Assembly (NCBI GenBank): GCA_052327205.1
Contig: CM126225.1
Span: forward strand, 13,578,001 to 13,642,000
DNA from: Somniosus microcephalus
Taxonomy: Eukaryota
Direction of reading: 5' to 3'
Length of the DNA stretch: 64,000 bases
The notes below the pieces were generated by a model. That model made no database searches. It worked only from the letters and a program-made list of their open reading frames with translations, and was not told the origin of the DNA. Shown in pieces: positions 27,601-40,600 of this stretch; the first letter of the stretch is position 1, and each line of letters starts with the position of its first letter. A program made the position numbers and the translations under genes.

Positions 27601-27863
27601 ACAGAAATACATGGCCAGATTCTTCATCAGCAACCGCTTCAGAAAAGTTTCAACTATTTTGATGAAAAGGTACCAAGAGTTATATCATGTTTGCAGCTGT
27701 CGAAATATGACACTACCGGCTTTGGACCAGATATTAGTGCTGCAGGCTTCAGCTTTGGAAGTCAACTCGGCTCTCAAGAAAACCATGGTTACCTTTTTGA
27801 TATAATCCTGTAACTATATAAAAAGAGAATGTGTCTGACCAACTATTTACACAGAATGATCCA

Positions 27864-28505
27864 ACAACAGCTTGCATTTATAATACCGCCTTTAACATAG
27901 TAAAATGCCCCAAGGCGCTTCAAAGGAGCTTTATCAAACAACATCTGACACAGTCACATAAGGAGATATTAGGGCAGATTTCAAAAGCTTGGTCAAAGAG
28001 GTAGGTTTTAAGGAGAGGTAGAGGGGTAAGGAATTCCAAAGGGACCTCGGCAGCTGAAGGCACGGCTGGCAATGGCGGAGCGATTAAAATCGAGGGTGTG
28101 CTAGAGGCCGGAATTAGAGTAAGTTACAGAGATAGGGAGAGGCAGGGCGAGGCCATGAAGGAATTTGAAAACAACCATGAGAATTTTAAAATCGAGGCGC
28201 TGCTCAACTGGGAGCCGAATGTAGGTCAGCGAGCACAGGGGTGATGGGTGAACGGGACTTGGTGAGAGTTAGAATATGGGCTGCAGAGTTTTGGATGAGC
28301 TTAAGTTTATGGAGGGTGAAAGGTGGGAGGCCGGCCAGAAGTGCGTTGGCATAGTCAAGTCTAGAGGTAACAAAGGCATGGATGAGGGTTTCAGCAGCAG
28401 TGAGTTGAGGCGGGGCAGAGTCAGACGATGTTATGTAGGTGGAAGTAGGCGGTCTTAGTGATGGTGGTCAAAAACGACACCAAGGTTGCAAACAGTCTGG
28501 TTCAA
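27864..28505 (-). mobile_element. L2 LINE 3' portion
   Basis: Starts with the caacaacagcttgcattta tail and is the reverse-complement homolog of 62262-63170 and 54881-55142. Confidence 0.8.
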
Positions 28506-28600
28506 TAACAAAAGCGGTTAAGAAATTTTTACCAAGTTGCATCTTTCTTACTTTACTTGTGGATCTCTTGTTAAAGTGATTAAGTTAGATGATACACATT

Positions 28601-29464
28601 GGCCCAGAATTTGCTGGGAAAATAGCAGCGCGCTTAATGCACGTGCTGTTATTAGTGTAAATAACCCAGCAATTTGTGAGGAAGAGATACCCCGTGATTT
28701 ACAAATCGCCACAAATTGCTGTAGGATTTGTGCCGCTCCGCCGTTAGCCTCGCGGAAACAGGAGCCTGCCGTCAACCTCCCCTGTGTTTCAAGAAATTGC
28801 TGCAATTGCGCTGTTAAAACAAATTAAACTTACCACAGAAAGGTAGGACTGGTACTTAACAATGTAAGGGCCCTTTTAATGACTAGATTTATGTTCCTGC
28901 AATGCCACTCAACCTCTCTGGCATAGAAATGGAACAACTGAAAGCGTGGAGTCTCATTCCTGCAGGTAGTAAATTTGGAGGATTTAAAAAAAAAGTTTAC
29001 TTTTCCTTTCTCTCTTCTTTCTCTCTCAATCCAGTATTTCTTCCCCACTCTATTTCTCTTTCCATATCTAATTTGACTCTAAATCACCCCATTTCCTTCT
29101 CAGCCATTCCAGTTTATTTTTTTAATCCTTAAATCTCATTGGTTAAGGACTAGACTGTTGGTGTCGTCGCTCACCAAGGTTGCAAATGTCCCCTTGACCA
29201 TTCACTTCCACCAATTTGCGGAGCAACATTTTTTCCAAGCTGAAGGGCAATGGTCCCTTGAATTTTATTTTGGATGCGCGGCCCCTTTAACTGGCTGCGC
29301 AGCACATGCGTGGTTTTTTCCTATTGTAAAGCCGGAAAGCGGCCTGCGCAGGATCGCTAGACAACTGCGCAGCCTCGCAGCTTAAAGGGAACATTGCTGA
29401 AGGGTGACCAAAAAGATCGAACAGGGCACGCCACAAGATGCCCTGCTCCAGCAAATTCTGTGCC
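28601..29464. mobile_element. Non-autonomous DNA transposon (PIF/Harbinger-like), 864 bp
   Basis: 17-bp TIR ggcccagaatttgctgg...ccagcaaattctgtgcc (1 mismatch) flanked by att/aat, so the TSD is ambiguous between AWT and AT. Confidence 0.75.
29248..29396. mobile_element. hAT MITE (149 bp) nested in the 28601-29464 element
   Basis: TIR caatggtccctt...aagggaacattg with a perfect 8-bp TSD ctgaaggg at 29240-29247 and 29397-29404. Confidence 0.9.
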
Positions 29465-32400
29465 AATATTTTATAAAAAGACAGGACAGCTACACCATGT
29501 AATGCAGTGTATTATGCTGCTAAGATGAAACTGCATTCCTTTAAAGTCCTAAAGTCTCTGTTCAGTAAACACAGCCTCAGAAAATTGCTTGGGACGGGAA
29601 CAATGGAGATGGGAAAATGCTTGTAGATTACAGGCTTCAGGTCTGAAGCACTCAGCGATTGTGTAACTGCCTTTCTTTTTTTTTAAATGATTGTCTTGCA
29701 TCTGTAAAAGCATGTCTGGCGTGTTATAGAAAAATATGCACTAGATGCAATGTTTTGTATATATGCAAATCTATGTATAAATAGATATATAAATTATATT
29801 ATATATAGAGCAAGATGCATCTTGAGCAAAAGGTAGCTATTTCCATCAATTATAGTCAGAAAATAACCAATGCTGCTAACTTTTAACGAGAGTATGCAAG
29901 GGAGTACACATAAGCAGAAGAGAGGGAATGTGAAGAATTATCTAATGCTGCTACATCTATGAACATGAAACCATCTCATTGTTCTTGACCTTCAGCCATT
30001 TTAGTTTTCTATGGTGTCGGGGGGGGGGGGGGGCGGTGTGTGGAGCAGAGAAAGGTGAAGAATAAAAGATAGATACTCAGTGACAACTTTTGCTTTTATT
30101 AGTTGTTCTTTTGCTACTCACCACTACAGATGTATGAAATATGGACATATAAAAGCAATTAACAAATGCAAACTTCTGGCAGACTAAACAAAGCAAACAC
30201 TAGACATTGTATTGAGAAAGTTAGGTGAACAATTGTCACTACGCCAATGTTGGTTTCACAATCTGACATTCAACTATGAGACATCAATACTAGGGAATAA
30301 GATTTCAGAGTTCAACATAAAGCTAAAAAAACAGTATTAATTGTGCTCCAGAGCTCAAAAAGAACCAGCAATGAAGGAAATACTGCTGTTGACTTTTCTG
30401 AATACCAATCCAAATATTATTCACATTTACACTGGAAACATATTACCATCAGCAGCACTGCTGGAGTCAAGTGCAAAAGTACACATTAAAAAATAGCTTC
30501 CCACTCTCTCCCTTTCAGATTGACTCGGTACTAAAATGGTTTTGCATTGTCCAAAAAACAAAACCCAGTTTAGATTTTGGCATCTAAAACAAACTCGATA
30601 GGTATTGTGCTTTAAAAAAATTATGCAAAACACCAGCTTTTCAGCAAATTCACCCCAAAATCTCAAGTTCTGCTATTAACAGCAGCGTTGCACAATACCT
30701 TCCACATGATGAGAGCTGAATTCAAGCAAGTTGCACAATTACAGTATCAAGGGAGAAGCTGCAACCCCTCTGGGAAGAGACAGTGCCATTACAGAGTGGC
30801 ACCATTGTGGTTCCTACGGAAAAGTTGACAGAATCTTCATAGACGGAGGTGGCAGGCTCAGACTGGCAGTATCTTGCAGCTTGCTGTGGACTTTGATTAA
30901 CTGTTGCTGTATACCTCCTTAGTCTGAGTAGCCTCACTAAGATGGTTGGCATGCTCATTGCATTTGGCAGCGTAAAAGCATTTATTGCACATTTTCATTT
31001 CAGTCTTGCATCATCCACACATTTAAACAGGTGAAACATACAGGTTGTACACAATTTCAATCAAAAGTGATATACAACACAAAGCAAGACCCAAAAATTA
31101 ATGAAACAGGACATGAGCAGTAAAAAAAAAATGAAATTCTCAATGAGCATTATGAATGCTCCAAAACTACTTCATATTCACAAAGCTGGAAATGTAAGCA
31201 ACAGTGATACACCTCCGAAAAGTGGAAAAGGCAGCTCTAGCCTTTTAGTATCAAAAAACATTGATTACAAAAAAAGTTAGAGGCTATTCATTGTAAAATG
31301 TATGCCATACAAATTACAGTTTAAATATATATTTTTTTGCTAGTACCTGTACAACATGCTGTGTAATGAATAAAACAGTGCCTTTTCCCAAAGATAACTA
31401 TTTTGAAAAAATGGTTAGTGGAATCTTCTAATGGAACCCAGTACCTGACTAAGGAACGATTAAAAATTTTGTTGTTGTATTTTTTGATTTCTGGAATATT
31501 TTCACTTGGGTCCAAAGAAAAGGACATACTAATCCAAATCTACCCATTTCCACAAGGATCCTAAATTTGATGAAGAAAAGATAGTTACGTTTGGCAAAGC
31601 ATTTAAATTATGCCTCAAGTCTTTCTTCCTTGCCCCCTCCCTTACAGCTTGTAGTCCACGAGAGAATCTTAAAAAATACTGAAATTTTTATCTCATATCC
31701 GAGTCACGAATTGCACTTGTGTGATAACTTTAAAATCCAAGTTCATTATTTTATTTGTACTTCAAGCAAACCCTGTAAATGATTCACTTTCCTAACATTT
31801 TTAAAAATAAGACTACATTACTATAGCTCTCAGAAAACTTAAATAAAATAAATCTTTCCTCAGAGTAAAGTACGTTTAAAGTTTTATTTTTATTAATTGC
31901 ATGGCAAAACATTTTGTCACTGTGGAACGATTATCCACACAAACAAGTTAATTGCCAAATTTATAGTTTTTGCCTTTTCTGTATACAAAAACACAAGCAC
32001 AATTTTTTTAATATGAAAGGCCTAGCAATAAATTATAAAGGAGTCTGAGCATGGGGAGAAATTAGCTTGATGCAGCAAAAGCAGTTTTCGATTGAGATAA
32101 ATGTCTCTTTATTGAAGGCCGCTAAACTCCAAACGGTTACTGTTATTGGTGAAGGGTTGCAATACATAAACTCTGTTTAACATAGGCCACTAATAAGAGT
32201 ATTGGTATGTTCTGGAGTTGATGTTGCGCATGTACCACTTCTGAGCCTTTAGTGATAATACAGGAATAACTGCTTTTGTCCAGCAACCCTGCCACATCAA
32301 TCTGAAATCCGACAATACTGCTCAGTTTTTCACTTTAAATCCGATTATTTATCTAATCACTTGACAAATGACACCCTTTATCATTAAGGTTATCATTCTG

Positions 32401-33899
32401 ATCAAATACAAAAGAAATGTATAGTAGAAATGTTTGGTTCTAGTACTGTAAACTCCAGTCAACAACTGTCAAATCAGACAACAGTGTGTGGAAACACACT
32501 ACAGCTTACCTGATTAACCTTTCTGCAGTTATCCCCAAAACTACACAAGTAGTCGCACTTATACACTTTAGAAGGCACCAACTTCCCATCCTCCCCAATT
32601 TACATCTTACATTGCCTTCCTTCAGGTGAATCGATGGTGCCTTTGGGCTTCATGGTCAGTGCCAATGTGGCTATATTATCATCCAATAGTAGTAATCCTT
32701 GAAGTGATGCCAGATTATCGATTTTCCTTTCCAACGGAAAAATGCTCCATTACCACCGTCAGTAAGATTCTGGTTAAAAGCAGCACTGCAACGAGTCTAG
32801 TCGAAAAGTCAGCACTGTGATGCTATTAAGCAAAGTCTATTTGTAAGTACTACATTGGTCCAGGAAGTACTCACCCAACTTTTTCAAAGCAAACCTTTGT
32901 TTAAGATAACAAATTGGAGCACTTGCATCTGCACTTTGCTGACTATCTTCATATGTAGTATTAACACAACTGCAATATTTATTCAGATATATGTTTGTGT
33001 GCATGCACGCTAGTTTTCTTTTTAAAAGCGTGGAAATGTTGCATACCAAAATTATACATACTTCTAACAGATATAACCTATTTGGGGAGAAAAGCAGAGA
33101 GCATTCACTGGTATACTTTGTTCTTTTAACGTGTGGCCAATACTAGAGTGAAAGGGTACTTAGCAGAACTGAAGATGAACAGGTTCTCAGATTTTTTTTA
33201 GCAGCACTTTACACTACAATCAATTTGGTTAAGTTTTCCAACTTGTCCTGAGTGATGCTTAAAAGGAGTTAACAGTAATAACTAGTATTACAATTCCTTT
33301 GTACATTAAATGGACCTTCCATTACACGACAGCATCTTGCCAATTCTCATACCTCCCCCACAAAGTCAAAAATTAAAATGGATAGTTTTTGTTTTAGTGA
33401 GCAGCATAGAATAAATGCATTTAAAGACATATTGAGGAACAGAGCAAAAGCAATGAATGCGTTACATTTCTATATTACACTACAAAAGCCATGTGCTTCA
33501 CCATATAAATTATTTTTGAACAATAAGTCATTATAATAAAACACTACGCTTCTTGGCTAGTCCTGAGAATATTGCAGGCACTCCCTAGACAACATAGGAA
33601 TAGAAATGTTTAAAATGATAACTAATGAACGTTAAAACAGTATCAGAAGTCACTGATTTTTTTTTTAAACAAAAAGGCACTGCCCAAGTACCAGATTTTC
33701 TAATGGACAAGGGTCCCCATTACGTGAAACGATGCCACTTGAGCACAGCCTCACTATTAATAATCAATGGTGGAACTATACTAGCATTAGATACTCTTGA
33801 CGATGCTAATCCTTTTGCGAGTGATAATTTCACAAGTTCCACCAACTGAAATCAGCAAGGGAGTTCAAGTGAAAGTTGTCCAGTACCTTCAACTTCAAC

Positions 33900-34230
33900 A
33901 GCTTAATGGGCAAATGCACGGTGATGCTGAGCCACTTAACAAGGAGGTCCAGGTACTGTGCTAAGCTAGCTGGCCAGAGCAATGGTGAGGACTTGTGTCC
34001 ACGGCTAGGGAGGAGTTCTAAAAAAAACAAAATTACCATTATCTAGTGACTCCGACTAAAAGCCTGGTACTGTCCTGTGCAGATATTGAGTGAGGACAGT
34101 ACCAGGCGCAGCTATGATGCCCCACCAATAGTTTGCTGACACTCTGTTTAGGTTTTTAAATGAAGAATGCACACTTGAGGTATCAGAGGTTTTTCAATGT
34201 CTCTGTAACTCTAGTCCACTTTATGAAGGT
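33900..34230 (+). mobile_element. Old unclassified SINE-like repeat (relatives at ~48240-48540 and ~54080-54310)
   Basis: Shared motifs among the three loci: tgaggacag/ggactggatcagg/tgaaggcaggatc, gct(a/t)tgatg and atgaag(a/c)atg. Confidence 0.45.
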
Positions 34231-36031
34231 AAAGGGAATTTTTTTTTTTTTTAAACAAAGCAGTCTAATATCTGCAGAAGCTCAACACTAGGAAGTGTAA
34301 AGTGTGGTGTAAAGGCAGCATGAGCCTTGTAATACTCAAAAGAAAATAATCAAAACTCAGTTGCACATGGATTAACCAAAGAAGGAGTGATAATTGAGAG
34401 AATGGCACTCAATCGTAGAATGGATAAATGTGCATTCAGTGTCATTGCTGGGCTGTTAGCAAGCGCAAGTCAAGGTGGCAAGCAGGGGGACTAGAATTTG
34501 CCTTGGTGCTCTTGGAGCACAGAAGGAAAGCAGAGGGGCGGGGAGAAGCTGGGGTTTACACTCCTGGCTTCTATCCAGTGACCCTGGTCAAATAACCCAT
34601 CAACCCCACCATATGTGACCAATTTAATAAGGTATTGCCAGCAGCTATGTAATTGCACCCCAATGCAAGTTAACATAATTAGGATCATACAGCGGCATGA
34701 CTCAGTACCCTCATGAAAGGAGTGGAGGAAAGGGAGGAAGAAAATGCTGGCTTTGTACAGTACGCAGCACTTCTACCCACCCGTAATAATTTGTAACAGA
34801 AAAATCATTGAAAAATCAGGCGGTTTCTATACAGTCGCCCGATCTTCAAACACTTGTTGAGACAGAGGGTCCCTGCTAAATTTATGGTTTTCAATTAATC
34901 AATTTTTAGGATAATGCCTTCAGAAGTATTAAAATCAGAGTCTATTGTGTTTGAGGTGGGCAATGTGTTGTCCAGAGAATTTAGTCGAGCAACAGGATGA
35001 TGAGATTGTGCCATCCTGCATTCTGCCCCAATTAATGTAAGATGGCAAGTCTGGTAAAAGACAAGGAGGAAGAATGAGCTGTATCTTGTTAAATGGACCA
35101 AACCAAAACACACATTATAGCAATTTGCTATTAGTGTATTTATACAGGAAGGCTCATGCCTTCAAAAGAACATAAAACATGAACACAAACATAATGGGTC
35201 AAAATATAATGCCCTTCCACTGGATAATTTGCAATTACAGATTGTACTTACAAATTATCTTTCATAATGAACTACAGCCATTGAGAGACAGTGAAATTGT
35301 ACAATTGTAATTAAACTTTATAACTGCGTGTTTACAGTACTGTATATTGAAGGCTTCCAGCATTTCTATACATTTAACTGAATTAATCTGTTAGTTCTAT
35401 TGGTTTGCCAGTAAGGCTTCAGTGTGAGCCCCGATGGATATCACCTGCCCAATTGGAACTGGTGTAAACCAGATGCACCTCAATGAATTTGTGCATACAT
35501 GAAACAAAATATGCTAAGTACACTTGGCATAACTGGGGCAGTTGCACTGACCCTCCCTCCAGACTCCCATATATGATCATGGCACCAAATGGGCACTTAA
35601 TACCTGGAACATGTACAAGTATGTCCTTTCTTGACTGGATCTGGAAACATTTCTGCCTTTGGAAAGTACCTTACCTCTACTTAATTCCATCTGCAGCCTG
35701 GCTGAAACTGAGAATTCACCGTAAGGAACCATGGACATAAATCCAACGTGTAACATTTGGAGATGGGAGTACACTGGCATGCTCATCAGCTGAGCTACCA
35801 GACCTTGGAACTACTTCACAACATTTTTGTTCACTGTTAAGGCAATTAACTATCCCAATATTTGATTTCATGCACAGAAACATCTATGACTTTTTTTTCC
35901 CATCAAGAACTTTTGAAGTAGGCCAGCTTTATACTACAAGCTCACTACAAATAGAATAAAAATTGTCCAAACTCACTAAACAGAACTGTGTAATCACAGT
36001 TAAACATAAAAACTTATTTCAAAAGATTGTT

Positions 36032-37890
36032 TGAGAGGGGGAGGGAGAAGGGGGGAAAAGGGAGGGAGAAGGGGGGAAAGGGAGGGAGAAGGGGGGAAAG
36101 GGAGGGAGAAAGGGAGGGAGAAGGGGGGGGAAGGGAGGGAGGAAAGGGGGGGAGGGGGGAGGAAGGAAGGGGGGAGGAAGGAAGGGGGGAGGGGGGGAGG
36201 AAGGAAGGGGGGAGGGGGGGAGGAAGGAAGGGGGGAGGGGGGAGGAAGGAAGGGGGGAGGGAGGAAGGGGGGAAGGAAGGAAGGGGGAGGGGGGAAGGAA
36301 GGAAGGGGGGAGGGGGGGAGGAAGGAAGGGGGGAGGGGGGGAGGAAGGAAGGGGGGAGGGGGGGAGGAAGGAAGGGGGAGGGGGGAGGAAGGAAGGGGGG
36401 AGGGGGGAGGAAGGAAGGGGGGAGGGGGGGAGGAAGGAAGGGGGGAGGGGGGGAGGAAGGAAGGGGGGAGGGGGGGAGGAAGGAAGGGGGGAGGGGGGGA
36501 GGAAGGAAGGGGGGAGGGGGGGGAGGAAGGAAGGGGGGAGGGGGGGAGGAAGGAAGGGGGGAGGGGGGGAGGAAGGAAGGGGGGAGGGGGGGGAGGAAGG
36601 AAGGGGGAGGGGGGAGGAAGGAAGGGGGAGGGGGGGAGAAGGAAGGGGGAGGGGGGAGGAAGGAGGGGGGGAGGGGGGAGAAAGGAGGGGGGGAGGGGGG
36701 AGAAAGGAGGGGGGGAGGGNNNNNNNNNNNNNNNNNNNNNNNNNNNNNNNNNNNNNNNNNNNNNNNNNNNNNNNNNNNNNNNNNNNNNNNNNNNNNNNNN
36801 NNNNNNNNNNNNNNNNNNNNNNNNNNNNNNNNNNNNNNNNNNNNNNNNNNNNNNNNNNNNNNNNNNNNNNNNNNNNNNNNNNNNNNNNNNNNNNNNNNNN
36901 NNNNNNNNNNNNNNNNNNNNNNNNNNNNNNNNNNNNNNNNNNNNNNNNNNNNNNNNNNNNNNNNNNNNNNNNNNNNNNNNNNNNNNNNNNNNNNNNNNNN
37001 NNNNNNNNNNNNNNNNNNNNNNNNNNNNNNNNNNNNNNNNNNNNNNNNNNNNNNNNNNNNNNNNNNNNNNNNNNNNNNNNNNNNNNNNNNNNNNNNNNNN
37101 NNNNNNNNNNNNNNNNNNNNNNNNNNNNNNNNNNNNNNNNNNNNNNNNNNNNNNNNNNNNNNNNNNNNNNNNNNNNNNNNNNNNNNNNNNNCGAGGGAGG
37201 GGGGAGGAAGCGAGGGAGGGGGAGGAAGCGAGGGAGGGGGAGGAAGCGAGGGAGGGGGAGGAAGCGAGGGAGAGGGAGGAAGCGAGGGAGAGGGAGGAAG
37301 AGAGGGAGAGGGAGGAAGAGGGGAGAGGAGGAAGAGAGGGAGAGGGAGGAAGAGAGGGAGAGGGAGGAAGAGAGGGAGAGGGAGGAAGAAGAGAGGGAGA
37401 GGGAGGAGAAGAGAGGGAGAGGGAGGAAGAGAGGGAGGGGAGGAAGAGAGGGAGGGGAGGAAGAGAGGGAGGGGAGGAAGAGAGGGAGGGGAGGAAGAGA
37501 GGGAGGGGAGGAAGAGAGGGAGGGGAGGAAGAGAGGGAGGGGAGGAAGAGAGGGAGGGGAGGAAGAGAGGGAGGGGAGGAAGAGAGGGAGAGGGAGGAAG
37601 AGAGGGAGAGGGAGGAAGAGAGGGAGAGGGAGGAAGAGAGGGAGAGGGAGGAAGAGAGAGAGAGGGAGGAAGAGAGAGAGAGGGAGGAAGAGGGAGAGGG
37701 AGGAAGAGAGGGAGAGGGAGGAAGAGAGGGAGAGGGAGGAAGAGAGGGAGAGGGAGGGAGAGGGAGGAAGGGAGGGAGAGGGAGGAAGGAGAGGGGGGGG
37801 AGGAGGAGGAAGAGATAACGAGAGGAGGAAGAGAGGGAGGGGGAGGAAGAGAGGGGGGGGGAGGAGGAAGAGAGAGCGAGAGAGAGAAGA
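36032..37890. repeat. Polypurine (GA-rich) tandem repeat spanning an assembly gap
   Basis: Left part has ~22-nt units (ggggggaggaaggaagggggga) and right part has 17-nt units (gagggaggggaggaaga). It is almost purely G/A on the plus strand. Confidence 0.95.
36720..37191. other. Assembly gap (472 N)
   Basis: Run of N characters. Confidence 1.
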
Positions 37891-39478
37891 GCGGTGTCAT
37901 GTGTTGCACATGGGTTTTTCACAACTCAGATCTGCCCAGCCCAGACTATTGCCCATTTCTTTTGGCTGCAAGGGTCCTACATAGAATGAGTTTGTACAGT
38001 TTCATTCCAGTTCTTTTTTAAAAATTATTCCTTCCTGGTGACATGCACCTGCCTAAAATGTGGCACGAGATTGTCAAGCTCACTCAGAGGGTAGATGATG
38101 TGGGAATACCGCACATGCTCTTGAATTTTGGGTGCTGAAGCTAATTGCTGGGGAAGAGGAGATGGAACTTTGCATCTAACCACATTGTATCTGACATGGG
38201 TTTAATTTTACAAAAAAAGCGCCTTAAATTTGCCAGAAGTTATTTTTTGGCAATAATCGTGGGTAAACTTCATTCCATCCTATTGATGCTAGATTTCAAC
38301 AGTATGAACAGTGAAACAACCAGAATACAAACTAATTGCTTCGCCCAATGTAATGTTGTGACACTTCATGTGGAAAAACCAAGCCTGCCCAAGCACATAT
38401 TGCAGGTGAAGACTCATTCAGGTACATTTTTACACACTGGCCCCCAAAGGAAATCAAAAGTTAATCAGATAAAAAATAATCAGAGAGTGAATCGAGTGGA
38501 AGAGCAAACACCACAAGCAACAATTGGAAAGGAGTCTAAACAATCATTTATACAGAGGTGTTTTAATCAAATCAGCAGGAGCGTAACAGCATGCAATTTA
38601 GGAGGGTTACTCACGGGATGCAATACGAAAAAGAGTAATGAAAATACCTTTATACCTTACCTGGGTATTTTTGCTAATATACAACAGAACCTAGGTTCTG
38701 TTCAATGCACAAATAAAATTGTCCTGAAGTAGAAGAAGTTGTGAAATTCTTAAGAACTATTGGAATGTTAATCATGATTGTTTTTCTTAAAACTACAGTG
38801 CACCCACAGCTACATGCACACAAGCCAATGTTAAAGTGTAGGGTCTCATTGCTTAAGCAGTTTTTGGATGTCCTGGTTACAAACAAAAACTGATTAAATT
38901 TAAAAATAGACACTTACCTGATTCTTACCAATAAACTACACAACAAAGCTACATTTTAGTCACCTCAAAGCACTTACCAGTACAGGTACATTTGTTGCAA
39001 TTTTCTTTCACGATTACAAAAGATAAAAAAAAAGAAGCAAGTCATTAATCTCTGGGTCTGTGGCTGTGACTCTTTCCCATTTGGCTGAAATAGGATGGGA
39101 GAAGAGCATTTGTATTATTTATGTTCTAAATCTCCCAAAAAAAGGGGTTGCTAAAAAGAGATCATTTTCCATAACAAGTATGGTTGGGCCATTCTCTACA
39201 GCTGAGACACCATTTCAGTACAAATCTTAAGGGATTTTTTTGATGGGAAAAAACAAAATTGTTGCATTTGAATTTAGGTGACACATAAAAATAAATCTTC
39301 ACCCAAGTTTTTTTTCCACAGAAAGATTTTGCACTTAAAACATTTAGTCGCGCGCACATTGACAGTAAAATTGGTGGCCTCAGAGAATGACCCAGCTATA
39401 CTGAAAATTTATGAAATCACTACATTGAGGCAGGTATAGGAAAAACAAGAGATATCACACTGATACAATAGAAAAAAA

Positions 39479-39796
39479 AAGTGGTTCTCAAACTGTCGGA
39501 CATGCCAAGGGTCCAAACTCCCCAAAGCATTGCTGCCTCTGCCCAACTCCATCCCCTAGTCTCCCCATGCAGCAGTGCCATAGTGCTGCTGAAACGAGAG
39601 AGAGAAGCAGAAGAGTGAGAAAGAGGAACAAAGGGAAAATATTGAGAAACCAGAGGGGATGGGGAGAGAGAAAGAGAGCAACTACTAATGATGACGATGT
39701 AATCTTTGAAGACTTTCTTGCAGATTTATCGGTACTAGTGTCCACAACCCAAGTTTGAGCTCGTGGGTCTATGCCCAAAAAGTTTGAGAACCATTG
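39479..39796. mobile_element. hAT (Charlie-like) MITE
   Basis: TIR (ca)gtggttctcaaact...agtttgagaaccattg. No intact 8-bp TSD is visible. Confidence 0.7.
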
Positions 39797-40600
39797 AGTG
39801 TGGTCGCCTGAGGCTGGGATTCATGTTTGTCAGAGGAAATACACCTGAAGCTCTAATTATCAATGGTCGACGTGCCATCGGTGAAGGTGGTTTGTAGAAG
39901 AGTACACCATTAACTCAAGATTCAGCGCTTTCAATTTTCTGGACATTCTCCTCCACATATTCTGGATCATGCAGTAACATTGTTACCATTCATTAAAAGC
40001 ACCCGAGGGAAATGTCAGGTCACCTCATTATCGGGCTCTCTCTTTTTGCACTTTAGTTAATGCCAGTATGCTCCCTGTTTACAGTTCCTTTCTTCTGGTT
40101 ATAATCAACTCTGATAATGCCCCATTTACTGCCAGCTGCAGCCTTGACTTCAGTTGTATGGGAAGTAAATTATGGTAATTCTACCTCTGGAGGCACAGAT
40201 TAACCTAAAGAGGTGGGTTTCACTGGTGTGGAGAGGTGTACAATAAATGTTACCGTTGAAGGCAAACTATGTGCTTGTCTGGTCATCAGTCATTGCTATT
40301 ATAGGTACCTTATCAAACCACTGATCTCAGCCAGGACAGCTTTAAGAGACACACACCCAAAAATAAAATCAGCCTGGAATCCCAATCCTACCTCTATCCA
40401 ATGACCACTGCTAGAAAATGCATGTAGACACTGAATGAGGTTAATAGTCAAGGTCTGCTGTGATGACATCCTCTGTAGAATAAGCTGGTCAACACTCTCC
40501 AATAAAGAACGAATGCCTTTAGGTGAGGAGAAAGGGAGGGGAGGGGAAGATTATGCTCTACATTAATACTATTCCATCTGAGATATGCAGAGCAAAAACG

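Noticed and set aside
36000-38021. Four long ORFs of 595-664 aa (Pro/Ser/Leu- or Gly/Arg/Glu-rich)
   Set aside because: Artefacts of a stop-free low-complexity GA/CT tract plus a run of Ns.
38145-38732. 195-aa plus-strand ORF
   Set aside because: No recognisable domain, a non-ATG start, and antisense to GPATCH8. It is probably a chance ORF.
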